Assembly (NCBI GenBank): GCA_015655045.1
Contig: JAATFU010000006.1
Span: 33,058 to 97,057 of the forward strand
DNA: 64,000 nucleotides
Reading direction: 5' to 3'
Source of the DNA: Candidatus Saccharimonadota bacterium
Lineage (GTDB): Bacteria; Patescibacteriota; Saccharimonadia; Saccharimonadales; Saccharimonadaceae
Shown here: one piece after another, positions 36,085-45,416 of the stretch
How the letters are laid out: each line of letters opens with the position of its first letter
Position numbering within the stretch: the stretch's first letter is position 1
The notes under the pieces: model-generated
The model's input: only the letters and a program-made list of their open reading frames with translations
The model's database searches: none
Told to the model about the DNA's origin: nothing
Translations under genes and position numbers: made by a program

Positions 36085-38436
36085 ATGAGCAAGAATTTAG
36101 TTATCGTTGAATCACCAGCCAAGGCCAAAACTATCGAGAAGTATCTCGGGAGTGACTTTACTGTACTCTCAAGCGTTGGACACATCCGTTCAATCGCGAA
36201 GAAGGTCAAAGGCGGCGCTGAACCAATTGATGTTAATCGTGGCTTTGAAACAGTCTACGAGATTGATCCCGAGAAGAAGAAGACGGTTGCAGAACTTCGA
36301 AAAGCCGTCAAAGCTGCGCAAGATGTTTGGCTTGCAACCGACGAGGACCGCGAAGGGGAGGCTATTGCATGGCACCTTTGCGAAGTCTTAAAACTCGACC
36401 CCAAGACAACTAAACGAATTGTCTTTCATGAGATTACCAAGCCAGCTATTGAAGAAGCGATTAAACATCCTCGAACAGTTGATATGAGTTTAGTACGCGC
36501 CCAACAAGCTCGCCAGATCCTTGATCGACTAGTGGGGTTTGAGCTCTCTCCAGTCGTCTGGCAAAAGGTTCCTGGTGGCAAATCGGCAGGACGAGTCCAA
36601 TCTCCAGCCGTGCGCCTCTTGGTTGAGCGCGAACGTGATATAGAGAACTTCCAAGGTTCCTTCCAGTTCAAGGTATCAGCACTGTTCCGCCGCGCTAGTG
36701 ATGAGCTTAAGGCTGAATTACCACAGCGCTTTGATACCGAAACTGAAGCACGAGATTTTCTTGAATCTTTGCAGGGTGCACACTTCCAGGTTACTGACAT
36801 TACGACGAGTCCATCAACTCGTAATCCAGCCGCACCGTTTACCACTAGTACACTTCAACAAGATGCAAATGCGAAACTTGGTTTTGGCTCGAAAGCTACT
36901 ATGTCAAGTGCGCAGAAGCTCTACCAGGAAGGTAAGATCACCTATATGCGTACTGACTCAATGACGCTATCTGGACAGGCCATTGCGGCTATTAAGGATT
37001 TTGTGACGGGCGCTTACGGTCCACAGTATAGCCAAGTTCGTCAATTTAAGACGAAGAATGCCAGCGCTCAAGAAGCCCATGAAGCAATTCGTCCTACCGA
37101 TATTCGCCTCGAAAAGGGAAGTGGCAATGAGTACGACCAACGACTTTATAATCTGATTCGGAGTCGAACGCTAGCGAGCCAAATGGCTCCCGCTCAACTT
37201 GAAAAGACGACTATCACTATCTCTATCAGCAGCCGTAACGAAGTTTTTGAAGCTAAAGGCGAGGTTATTATTTTTGATGGCTTTATGAAAGTGTATGGTG
37301 GTGGAAAAAAAGATCCGGATATTCTTCCGAGTGTTGTCACAAGTGAGACACTCGATCTTGCTACTGTGAGTGCTCGCCAAATTTTTGCCCGACCACCAAG
37401 TCGCTACACCGAAGGAAGTTTAGTAAAAAAACTTGAGGAGCTCGGTATCGGCCGACCGTCTACCTACGCCACTATTATCAATACCGTGCAAGTTCGTGGT
37501 TATGCCGAAAAAGGTGAAGCCGAGGGTACTCCCAGAGAGGTTATCGTGCTCAATCTAACTCAAGATGGAGTTAAGCGAGAAGTCGTCGAAGAGAAAACGG
37601 GCTCAGACCGGGGTAAACTACTTCCAACAGCGAGCGGCGAAGTGGTCAGTGACTTTCTTACAGGTCATTTCGAGCCAATCGTTGACTATGACTTTACGGC
37701 GAAAGTTGAACAAGAATTTGACTTAATCGCAGGGGGTACACTTGAACGTAACCAGATGCTTCAAGAGTTCTATACGCCATTTCATGAACTCATTACCCAA
37801 TCTGGTGATATTAAACGCTCAGAGGTCGCTCAGGCGCGTGAGATTGGTATTGATCCTAAGTCGGGCAAACCCGTACTTGCCCGTTTCGGCCGATTTGGTC
37901 CTATGCTACAACTCGGACTTGCCGAAGATAAAGATGATAAGCCTCAGTTCGCGCCACTACCTGCTGGACGTAAAATCGAAACAGTGACGCTCGAAGAGGC
38001 TCTGCATGCTTTCCAGCTACCTCGTATCATTGGTGAGACGGCCGAAGGGGAGATTATTAAAGCTAATATTGGTCGCTTTGGCCCCTATATTCAAGTCGGG
38101 AAATTATTTGTAAGCATTAAGCCACTTGATCCCCATGAGATTACCCTTGATCAAGCACTCGAGCTGTATCAAGCCAAGCTGAAGGCTGAAGCAGAAAAGA
38201 ATATCGCTGATTTTGGTGATGGACTCAGAGTCCTTAATGGTCGCTTTGGCCCCTATATTACCGACGGTACAAAGAATGCCAAGATTCCAAAAGATATTGA
38301 GCCAACTTCAATAACTCATGAGCAGGCAAAGGCCATGATCGCAGCCGCACCCGCAACAAAGAAACGTTCATTTAGTCGTAAAACAGCTAAGAAGCCGGCA
38401 GTTAAGAAGAGAACCGTTCGTTCTAAAAAGACCTAA
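36085..38436 (+). CDS. topA: DNA topoisomerase I
   Basis: MSKNLVIVESPAKAKTIEKYLG (Toprim), ATDEDREGEAIAWH, active-site region ITYMRTDS, C-terminal repeats with RFGPY, and a basic tail. Confidence 0.95.
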   Translation: MSKNLVIVESPAKAKTIEKYLGSDFTVLSSVGHIRSIAKKVKGGAEPIDVNRGFETVYEIDPEKKKTVAELRKAVKAAQDVWLATDEDREGEAIAWHLCEVLKLDPKTTKRIVFHEITKPAIEEAIKHPRTVDMSLVRAQQARQILDRLVGFELSPVVWQKVPGGKSAGRVQSPAVRLLVERERDIENFQGSFQFKVSALFRRASDELKAELPQRFDTETEARDFLESLQGAHFQVTDITTSPSTRNPAAPFTTSTLQQDANAKLGFGSKATMSSAQKLYQEGKITYMRTDSMTLSGQAIAAIKDFVTGAYGPQYSQVRQFKTKNASAQEAHEAIRPTDIRLEKGSGNEYDQRLYNLIRSRTLASQMAPAQLEKTTITISISSRNEVFEAKGEVIIFDGFMKVYGGGKKDPDILPSVVTSETLDLATVSARQIFARPPSRYTEGSLVKKLEELGIGRPSTYATIINTVQVRGYAEKGEAEGTPREVIVLNLTQDGVKREVVEEKTGSDRGKLLPTASGEVVSDFLTGHFEPIVDYDFTAKVEQEFDLIAGGTLERNQMLQEFYTPFHELITQSGDIKRSEVAQAREIGIDPKSGKPVLARFGRFGPMLQLGLAEDKDDKPQFAPLPAGRKIETVTLEEALHAFQLPRIIGETAEGEIIKANIGRFGPYIQVGKLFVSIKPLDPHEITLDQALELYQAKLKAEAEKNIADFGDGLRVLNGRFGPYITDGTKNAKIPKDIEPTSITHEQAKAMIAAAPATKKRSFSRKTAKKPAVKKRTVRSKKT

Positions 38437-38568
38437 GGTTCTTTTCCCTTGAGGGAATATTTATTCATACCATATCTATAGGTTATAAAAAGTCCCAAGA
38501 CATGCTTTACAGTTACCGTCTAGTTCATGCTATAATGATATAAATTACACGAAGTTTGTATGATTTGT

Positions 38569-38597
38569 TTGACAATGTAAATATAATCTTGTATAAT
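38569..38597 (+). promoter_or_regulatory. Consensus sigma-70-type promoter (TTGACA-N17-TATAAT) upstream of gene 38662
   Basis: TTGACA at 38569-38574 and TATAAT at 38592-38597, with exactly 17 nt between them, in an AT-rich intergenic region. Confidence 0.5.
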
Positions 38598-38661
38598 CTA
38601 ATATAGATTTAATAGTAATATATGACCTGTGGTGTGGCGGAAGAAAGATAGACGACATTTT

Positions 38662-39717
38662 ATGACCGAAACTGAACAAAACCAAACAATTGACCTTAAA
38701 TCGGGTGTCAACGAAATTTTAGCTATTATTGATCAAGAGCGAGAGCGAGAGATTATTACTCGTCGATTTGGTTTGTATGATCGTCGCGAAACCCTCGAAC
38801 AAATCGGTGAACTACTTGGTATTACTAGGGAGCGTGTCCGTCAACTTGAAAAAGCCATCCTTATTCGTCTTAAGATCGCCTCCGAAGAGGGTAAAATTAC
38901 TAGCATTACAAACTTCGAAAAGCTCTTTACTCGTCAACTCTCTGAGATGGGTCGTATTGCACGTGTTCAAGATCTTACCGACCGTCTACTTGGTCGCTCA
39001 ACCGATGCTCGTGAACGTTCGCATGTTGCCTTTATTGCTGAACTTGCCGCCAGTTTGACAGTTGTTAATGAGAATGATGATTACTTTCATAGCATTGGGA
39101 TTGCCGAGTACGGTGACGAGAAGAAGATCCGAGCCGAAGTTGATGAGATCGTCAAAACTATCAAAAAACATGGCGAACCACTTACTATTGAACAGCTACA
39201 CGAACAACTACATTATGAACATCCTACGTACGTTCGAGCACTAGCAAGCGTCAGTAAATTACTCGCGCACTTGAAGGATAAGTGGGGGCTAGTTCGTTGG
39301 CCAACCGTTAATCCAAAGAATATTCGCGACAAGATCTATGTCATCCTCGCCGAAGAGGGTAAACCAATGCATTTTTCAGAAATTGCGAACTCAATCAAGG
39401 ATAGTAGCTTTAAACGCAAAGATGTTACAACCCAGGCAATTCACAATGAACTTATCAAGGATAAGCGATTTGTTCTAATTGGCCGAGGTATCTATGCACT
39501 CGACAGCTGGGGCTTCAGCAAAGGGACAGTGGCAGACATCATTACAGATGTCCTAAGGAATGCGACCGAACCGCTGCATCGCGATGAAATCGTTAAACGT
39601 GTTCTCAAGAGTCGCCAGGTCAAAGAAACAACTATTTTACTCAACCTGCAAAGCAAACCCCAGTTTAGACGGGTTGCTAAAGCGACTTATACACTCGAGC
39701 AACAACCGGCTGTCTAG
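38662..39717 (+). CDS. Sigma-70 region-4-like HTH protein with a C-terminal winged-helix (HARE-HTH-like) domain
   Basis: RFGLYDRRETLEQIGELLGITRERVRQLEKAILIRLK is a typical sigma region 4.2. The C-terminal IYVILAEEGKPMHFSEIANSI...IHNELIKDKRFVLIGRGIYAL resembles the RpoE(delta)/HARE-HTH domain. No regions 2 or 3 are recognisable. Confidence 0.65.
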   Translation: MTETEQNQTIDLKSGVNEILAIIDQEREREIITRRFGLYDRRETLEQIGELLGITRERVRQLEKAILIRLKIASEEGKITSITNFEKLFTRQLSEMGRIARVQDLTDRLLGRSTDARERSHVAFIAELAASLTVVNENDDYFHSIGIAEYGDEKKIRAEVDEIVKTIKKHGEPLTIEQLHEQLHYEHPTYVRALASVSKLLAHLKDKWGLVRWPTVNPKNIRDKIYVILAEEGKPMHFSEIANSIKDSSFKRKDVTTQAIHNELIKDKRFVLIGRGIYALDSWGFSKGTVADIITDVLRNATEPLHRDEIVKRVLKSRQVKETTILLNLQSKPQFRRVAKATYTLEQQPAV

Positions 39718-39760
39718 TCGTTGCCAAGTCAGAGAACAGGTGAGACAATAAAAGGGTCAT

Positions 39761-42442
39761 ATGGGCATTTTTTCAGCAGTTATTACATTATTACTTCAAT
39801 GGTACATTTGGTTTCCGATCGTCTTAGTTCTCGGTTTTTTGACGTGGCGTAACTATCGACGAATTGACAGCGTCGCAAACGTTGAGGGCGACCTACTAAT
39901 TCTCGAGATTCCGAAGGCAAACGACAAGAAAGAACTTGCCGCTGAACAATTATTCGCCAGTTTACACGGTATTTTTCGAGACAAGCAAGAGCTGAAACTC
40001 AACGGGGGAGTCCAAGAGCACCTCAGTTTTGAGATTGCCTCGGTTGATGGTCAAATTCGTTTTTATGCCTGGGTACCAAAGACACTCCGAAGCTTTGTTG
40101 AAGGTCAAATATATTCCCAGTATCCGACCGTCCAAATTCGAGAAGCAGAGGAAGATTATGTGGCTCACGAACGAAAACATAGTGTTGTCTATACTTCTGA
40201 AATTGTCCTTACAGATAACGAGATGCTTCCCATTAAGACGTTTCAGAGTTTTGAAGTCGATCCACTCGCTGGTATTACCGGTACCCTCGCGAAACTCGAA
40301 TCAACTGGCGAAGAGGTCTGGATTCAAATTCTGGCCCGCCCAATCGCTGACGACTGGCACAAAGCTTCTGACAAATGGGTGAGTGGTGTCAAGCAAGGTA
40401 AGTCTTCGGGGAGCGGACTGAGCCTTACTTGGCTGGCAGGCTTATTTGAAGCCCTATGGAAACCGCCAGAGGACGGCAAGGTCGGTGGCGCTGCCGCCCC
40501 TAAAGAGCTCTCGGATCGAGACAAAACACGCGTCAGTGAAGCTCAAACCAAAGCTACGAAATTGGGTTACCAAGTCAAGATACGTCTAGCCTATCTGGGA
40601 GATAGTACCGTCAACGGACGATTGCGCATGCAAGCAATTGTCGGAACCTTTAAACAGTTCAATAGTACCAACCTGAATGGATTTAAGGTGGCGGGGGGGA
40701 GCTTCAAGGCCGAAGACCTTGCCCCATATCGAACACGAGCTTTTGGCGGAGCTGGCTTTATCCTCAATATAGAAGAGCTGGCTAGCGTCTTTCATTTGCC
40801 CCATACGAACGTTGAAACACCAAATATCGTCTGGGCAAGTAGCAAAACAGCCGAACCACCAGCCAAATTACCACTTATTACTGGTAACACTGCAATTGAT
40901 GAGAATATTAGCGCCTTTGGTCTGACAAACTTTCGGGGAATTAACCATCAATTTGGCATGCTTCGATCGGATCGCTCACGTCATGTCTATATTATCGGAC
41001 AAACCGGAGCAGGCAAGTCAGGAACCCTCGAATTGTTTGCCCTTAGTGATATCTTCCACGGACATGGGTATGCAATTATCGATCCGCACGGTGATTTCGC
41101 TGTTAATAATATGCGTTTTATTCCTGGCTCTCGTCTTCAAGACGTCGTATATTTTAACCCAGCTGACACCGCTTATCCGCTTGGCTTCAACCCACTTGAA
41201 GTCACCAACCCAAACCAAAAGACAAACATTAGCTCTGAAGTGATTGGTGTCTTAAAGCGAATGTTTGGCGAGAGTTGGGGACCACGGCTTGAATATATTC
41301 TTCGTTATACGATTCTAGCTCTTCTTGATCGCCCCACAACCACCATGTTGGACATTACCCGAATGCTTACCGACAAGAAGTTTCGAACCGAGACTCTCTC
41401 TTACAGCCAAGATACTGTCGTATTGAACTTCTGGAAAGTTGAATTTGCTAGTTGGAATGATAAGTTTGTCTCCGAGGCTATCGCCCCAGTCTTGAATAAA
41501 GTAGGTGCCTTTACGGCCAACCCAATTATTCGTAATATTATTGGCCAGCCAAAAAGTACCTTTAACATTCGTGAGATTATGGATGAAGGCAAAATATTAA
41601 TCGTCAATCTTTCAAAAGGTCTTATCGGTGAGGATAACGCCGCCATTCTAGGTGCATTCATGGTTACAAAAATTCAACTTGCCGCTATGAGTCGAAGTGA
41701 TATCGAACGAGTTGAGGACCGACGTCCTTTTTATCTATATGTTGACGAGTTTCAAAACTTTGCGACCGATTCGTTTGCTACTATTTTATCTGAAGCACGT
41801 AAGTATGGTCTCAACCTGACAGTTGCCAACCAATATATAAGCCAGATGAATGAAACAGTTCGCGATGCTGTCTTTGGTAATGTGGGGACTATGATTAGCT
41901 TTCGCGTTTCAGCTGATGATGCACCAATTCTGTCGAAACAATTTGAGCCTCAATTCGAGCCCAATGACCTCTTACAAATGCACAATCGTCACTTTGTCAT
42001 TAATATGGTGATTGCCGGCGAGAAGGCGCCTGCCTTTAGCGCCACCACCTTAACCCTCCCTGAGCCACAGATTGATAACAGCGGTCGTATTATTGAGAAC
42101 ACCCGACGTCTCTATAGCCGAAGCCGTGCAGACATTGAACAAGAGATCGCCCATGCTATTCAACCGCCCGAAAGCTTACAGAAACGACCCGTACAGTCTT
42201 CAGCTCAAGCAAGACAATGGCCAATTAATGCCCAAACACAGACCATTACCCAATCCATTCAAGAACAGCCTGCAGAGCAGGGGACTGGGGATATCTTCTC
42301 GACTCCTGATGCCCCACCAAAGAGAAAACGGACACGTACTCGAAAACGAAAGCCAAGTGCCACAGCAGTACCCACAGAGTCTCAACCAGCCGATCAACAT
42401 GGTGTTGAAGAAAACGAAGCGGTCGATATTCAGTTACGTTAA
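39761..42442 (+). CDS. Membrane-anchored P-loop NTPase of the TraD/VirD4/HerA-FtsK-like (type IV coupling protein-like) class
   Basis: N-terminal TM helix, Walker A IIGQTGAGKSG, HGDFA, Walker B-like FYLYVDEFQNFAT, NLTVANQY, and a basic/acidic disordered C-terminal tail. Confidence 0.7.
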   Translation: MGIFSAVITLLLQWYIWFPIVLVLGFLTWRNYRRIDSVANVEGDLLILEIPKANDKKELAAEQLFASLHGIFRDKQELKLNGGVQEHLSFEIASVDGQIRFYAWVPKTLRSFVEGQIYSQYPTVQIREAEEDYVAHERKHSVVYTSEIVLTDNEMLPIKTFQSFEVDPLAGITGTLAKLESTGEEVWIQILARPIADDWHKASDKWVSGVKQGKSSGSGLSLTWLAGLFEALWKPPEDGKVGGAAAPKELSDRDKTRVSEAQTKATKLGYQVKIRLAYLGDSTVNGRLRMQAIVGTFKQFNSTNLNGFKVAGGSFKAEDLAPYRTRAFGGAGFILNIEELASVFHLPHTNVETPNIVWASSKTAEPPAKLPLITGNTAIDENISAFGLTNFRGINHQFGMLRSDRSRHVYIIGQTGAGKSGTLELFALSDIFHGHGYAIIDPHGDFAVNNMRFIPGSRLQDVVYFNPADTAYPLGFNPLEVTNPNQKTNISSEVIGVLKRMFGESWGPRLEYILRYTILALLDRPTTTMLDITRMLTDKKFRTETLSYSQDTVVLNFWKVEFASWNDKFVSEAIAPVLNKVGAFTANPIIRNIIGQPKSTFNIREIMDEGKILIVNLSKGLIGEDNAAILGAFMVTKIQLAAMSRSDIERVEDRRPFYLYVDEFQNFATDSFATILSEARKYGLNLTVANQYISQMNETVRDAVFGNVGTMISFRVSADDAPILSKQFEPQFEPNDLLQMHNRHFVINMVIAGEKAPAFSATTLTLPEPQIDNSGRIIENTRRLYSRSRADIEQEIAHAIQPPESLQKRPVQSSAQARQWPINAQTQTITQSIQEQPAEQGTGDIFSTPDAPPKRKRTRTRKRKPSATAVPTESQPADQHGVEENEAVDIQLR

Positions 42443-43292
42443 CTCACCAGTTATCCTCAATCTATTAACTACCCAATATTTCGTGTATTTGCTCAGATGC
42501 AAAATAGCCGCATTCTATCTCCGATAGATACATTCCCAGCTTCCGTCTACACTAGTAGATTTATTTATTCGACGCAGTTAGAACAAAAGTAGAACTTATT
42601 GATAAGATAAATTTTTTCACGGTTGAACTCGTATGCTCAATATAGGCAAGACAATCATATGCTGCTGGTCAATTTTCTGGCAAATAATTTAAATGGGTAT
42701 CTGCACGAAGAATGAATAAGAAAAGTCGCTACAAGTCGGAAAGTAGAGACATTAAAAGTAGTGAACTCAAAAACGTAGCCGTAAACCGAAGAATGAATAG
42801 GAGAATTGTCATACAAGTCATACATAGACTATGTGTCGCACAATATATCTTTTACGACATTACATATCATATATAGAGATGACTATACACCCATCTTACT
42901 ATTGTCCTTATTAGAGGTAAACGGTCCCGAAAGTAGTAGTAGACACCCTACGCTAATCTCAATGTCATTATTCTATATAACTTCCACTAAACTTTGAACA
43001 ACGTTCTATGTAGATATGGATCAATTATATAGTGACCGTGTTGTGAGACCGTCAATACTACACATTTGACATACTTGACTTATCCACAGTCTTATATGTA
43101 TCGCTTGCATTTTTGGCAGAATATTTTCACGCTCCCCTCGCACTACTTCTACCCCACTATTTGCTTTTTTCTAGTTTTGATATTAATATATATTTTTATC
43201 ATATTATAATCGGACGGAAGTATATGAACAAAAATAGAACATACACAAAGGAGCGGAGGAGTGGCGATACTCACTAACCCAGTTGGAAAGGT

Positions 43293-44237
43293 CTATCTGT
43301 AGAAGGCCTTGCCGCTTACTCGAACATCGATATACTGTGGCGCTTCTCCATGAGTTGTAAAGTAAGTAACTGCCCTACTCATATCTTCTACCTGCTCGGC
43401 TGCCGGGCGATCAATAGAAAGCTTCACAAGTGGCGTAATACCATTAAGCCGAACCTCAAGTTGACGTGTCGTGCCACTGGGAATAATTGCCTGAGTTACA
43501 TCATAGCCTGCTGCTTTAGCTTGTGCTACCACGCGTCCAACAAAACCCAAGAAACTGTTACTCACGACACTTGTTCCTTGAGACACCCCTACCCCACTCT
43601 CATCTGTAATCTGTACACCTGGCGTACCAAAATAATTAATTTGAAATGGTACACCACTCGCATCTACATAGTATTGACTATCCCCTATTTTCCAACCAGC
43701 GACGGGATTGCGCATTGTTAGCACAAAGCGAGAAGTTCCAAGACTGGCAATGCCTTTTTGTTCTACCGAAGCCACCTCTGGGAGCTGAGTCGATACATAT
43801 TGACTAAGGGCTCGTTGGTCCAGAGCGAATCGCAAACGGCTAAGAGGGTTAGCCTGGAGATATGTCTGAATGACTTTCTCATAGCGCGTGTTATCAATTG
43901 TATGAGAGATGGAGGTATCCGATAAAGCAATCACGGGACTAGCCGTAAATTGACTCAATAACCAAAAAAGTATACCTGCTACTGCAATGATCGTTAAGAG
44001 AATACCAGAGATCTTACGACGCTTAACAGTCAGGTTATGGGCACGAGTACGCGGTGACTCGAGGTCATTCTTATTGCCACTTGCCGTTAATTGATTCGAG
44101 GTTGTTCCCGTTAGGGTACGATTACGACGAAACATGTCACCGCTACGATCGATTGGAGCTTCGGGACGAAGGGCATTTGTCGCAGACGACTGACGTCGCC
44201 GTGGAATATCCGGTTGTTTTTTTGTAAATAGAGCCAT
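43293..44237 (-). CDS. ftsQ: Cell division protein FtsQ/DivIB-like
   Basis: Basic cytoplasmic N-terminus, one TM helix (ILLTIIAVAGILFWLL), a POTRA-like region, and position at the end of the dcw cluster after murG. Confidence 0.7.
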   Translation of the reverse strand: MALFTKKQPDIPRRRQSSATNALRPEAPIDRSGDMFRRNRTLTGTTSNQLTASGNKNDLESPRTRAHNLTVKRRKISGILLTIIAVAGILFWLLSQFTASPVIALSDTSISHTIDNTRYEKVIQTYLQANPLSRLRFALDQRALSQYVSTQLPEVASVEQKGIASLGTSRFVLTMRNPVAGWKIGDSQYYVDASGVPFQINYFGTPGVQITDESGVGVSQGTSVVSNSFLGFVGRVVAQAKAAGYDVTQAIIPSGTTRQLEVRLNGITPLVKLSIDRPAAEQVEDMSRAVTYFTTHGEAPQYIDVRVSGKAFYR

Positions 44238-44261
44238 ACTGTTTGTGTTTATTATACCGTA

Positions 44262-45416
44262 TTACTTCGCCACAGACAGAATCATTTCAGCGACGTCACG
44301 CGCAGCATTTGGCCGTGCAAACGTCGCGAGCGCCTCAGCCATAGCTTGAGCCTCTTGCGGGTTCGATAGAAGCCGAAGAATTGCATTTGATAAAAGCTCT
44401 GGTTCATGTTCAATGCGAACATCATCCACGATCAGTGCCGCATGTTTGTCAGCATACACTGCAGCGTTTTTAAGTTGATGTCCACCCGTAAGGTAACCGT
44501 TCGGAATCAGAATAATCGGTTTTTTTAGTGCTGCTAACTCAAGCAGAGTTGTCGCTCCGGCTCGTGTGACTATGAGATCGGCAGCCCCAAGTAAGATTGC
44601 CATGTCTTTTGATACGAAAGGGATCAGCTGAAAACGAGCATCATCCTGCGGCGTGAGTGCACGCAGTTCATCATATTGGGCCACGCCCGAGAGAAGCGCA
44701 ATTGAGGTAAATGATAAAAGCGTATCAAGCGATGATGCAATTGCATTATTAATACGCTCTGCCCCAAGTCCCCCACCAGTAACTACTACCAAGGGCCGTC
44801 CTGGATCGAAGCCGAATTGTCCCTTCGCGTTTGTCTGCTGGGCAGGTGTAAAGGGTTTGAATTCTGGCGCAATTGGTATTCCTACATAGCGCGAACGATC
44901 AGCTGGATAGGGATAATACTCAAGAGGTGCCCCAGTGGCAATTGCAGAAGCAAATCGAGCAAGGATACGATTGGTGAGACCGGGATGAGCATCAGAGTCG
45001 TGTACAACAATCGGGATACCAAGGACTCGAGCCGCAAAACCAACCGGTAAACATACATAACCACCTTTCGTAAAAATAACATCAGGTCGCCACACAAGTA
45101 GCTTCATAATACTCTGTATCGTGCCAATCCCAACCAGGAGTAAGTCTCGCAAGTTTGGCAGAACAATAGTAAACGGTCGCATCAATTGGCGAGTAATTGA
45201 AAGATTATTATAACGTCGCAGTTTACCGGCGATAATTTTCGATACTACAATCCGACTATCGAAATTGCCCATAATGGCCCGTGCCTGCGTCACAAATTTT
45301 GTGTCAGACCAAAAGCGTATATCGGCACGTGGATGGAGCTGTCTAAGCTCGCGCAGAACTGCCACGACTGGCGTAACGTGTCCGCCCGATCCCCCGCCGA
45401 CTGCGAGTATCTTCAT
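44262..45416 (-). CDS. murG: Undecaprenyldiphospho-muramoylpentapeptide beta-N-acetylglucosaminyltransferase
   Basis: MKILAVGGGSGGHVTPVVAV, VVTGGGLGAERIN and RAGATTLLELAALKKPIILIP are canonical MurG motifs. Confidence 0.95.
   Translation of the reverse strand: MKILAVGGGSGGHVTPVVAVLRELRQLHPRADIRFWSDTKFVTQARAIMGNFDSRIVVSKIIAGKLRRYNNLSITRQLMRPFTIVLPNLRDLLLVGIGTIQSIMKLLVWRPDVIFTKGGYVCLPVGFAARVLGIPIVVHDSDAHPGLTNRILARFASAIATGAPLEYYPYPADRSRYVGIPIAPEFKPFTPAQQTNAKGQFGFDPGRPLVVVTGGGLGAERINNAIASSLDTLLSFTSIALLSGVAQYDELRALTPQDDARFQLIPFVSKDMAILLGAADLIVTRAGATTLLELAALKKPIILIPNGYLTGGHQLKNAAVYADKHAALIVDDVRIEHEPELLSNAILRLLSNPQEAQAMAEALATFARPNAARDVAEMILSVAK

Noticed and set aside
42806-42997. 63 aa ORF inside the AT-rich gap
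   Set aside because: It has a non-ATG start, no SD, and an isoleucine/tyrosine/serine-rich low-complexity translation of the kind expected from AT-rich non-coding DNA.
42443-43292. dif/Xer recombination site at the apparent convergence point
   Set aside because: I looked for the conserved XerD arm (TTATGTTAAAT / TTATGTAAACT-like) and an 11-6-11 palindromic layout. Only AT-rich runs with weak resemblance turned up, for example ATTAATATATATTTTTATCATATTATAAT, which is not enough to call.
45343-45416. 74 nt ftsW/murG overlap as evidence of a frameshift or assembly error
   Set aside because: Both proteins look complete: murG starts with its canonical MKIL..GGGSGGH, and all FtsW TM segments lie upstream. 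The overlap only involves a basic, low-complexity FtsW tail, so no frameshift needs to be invoked.
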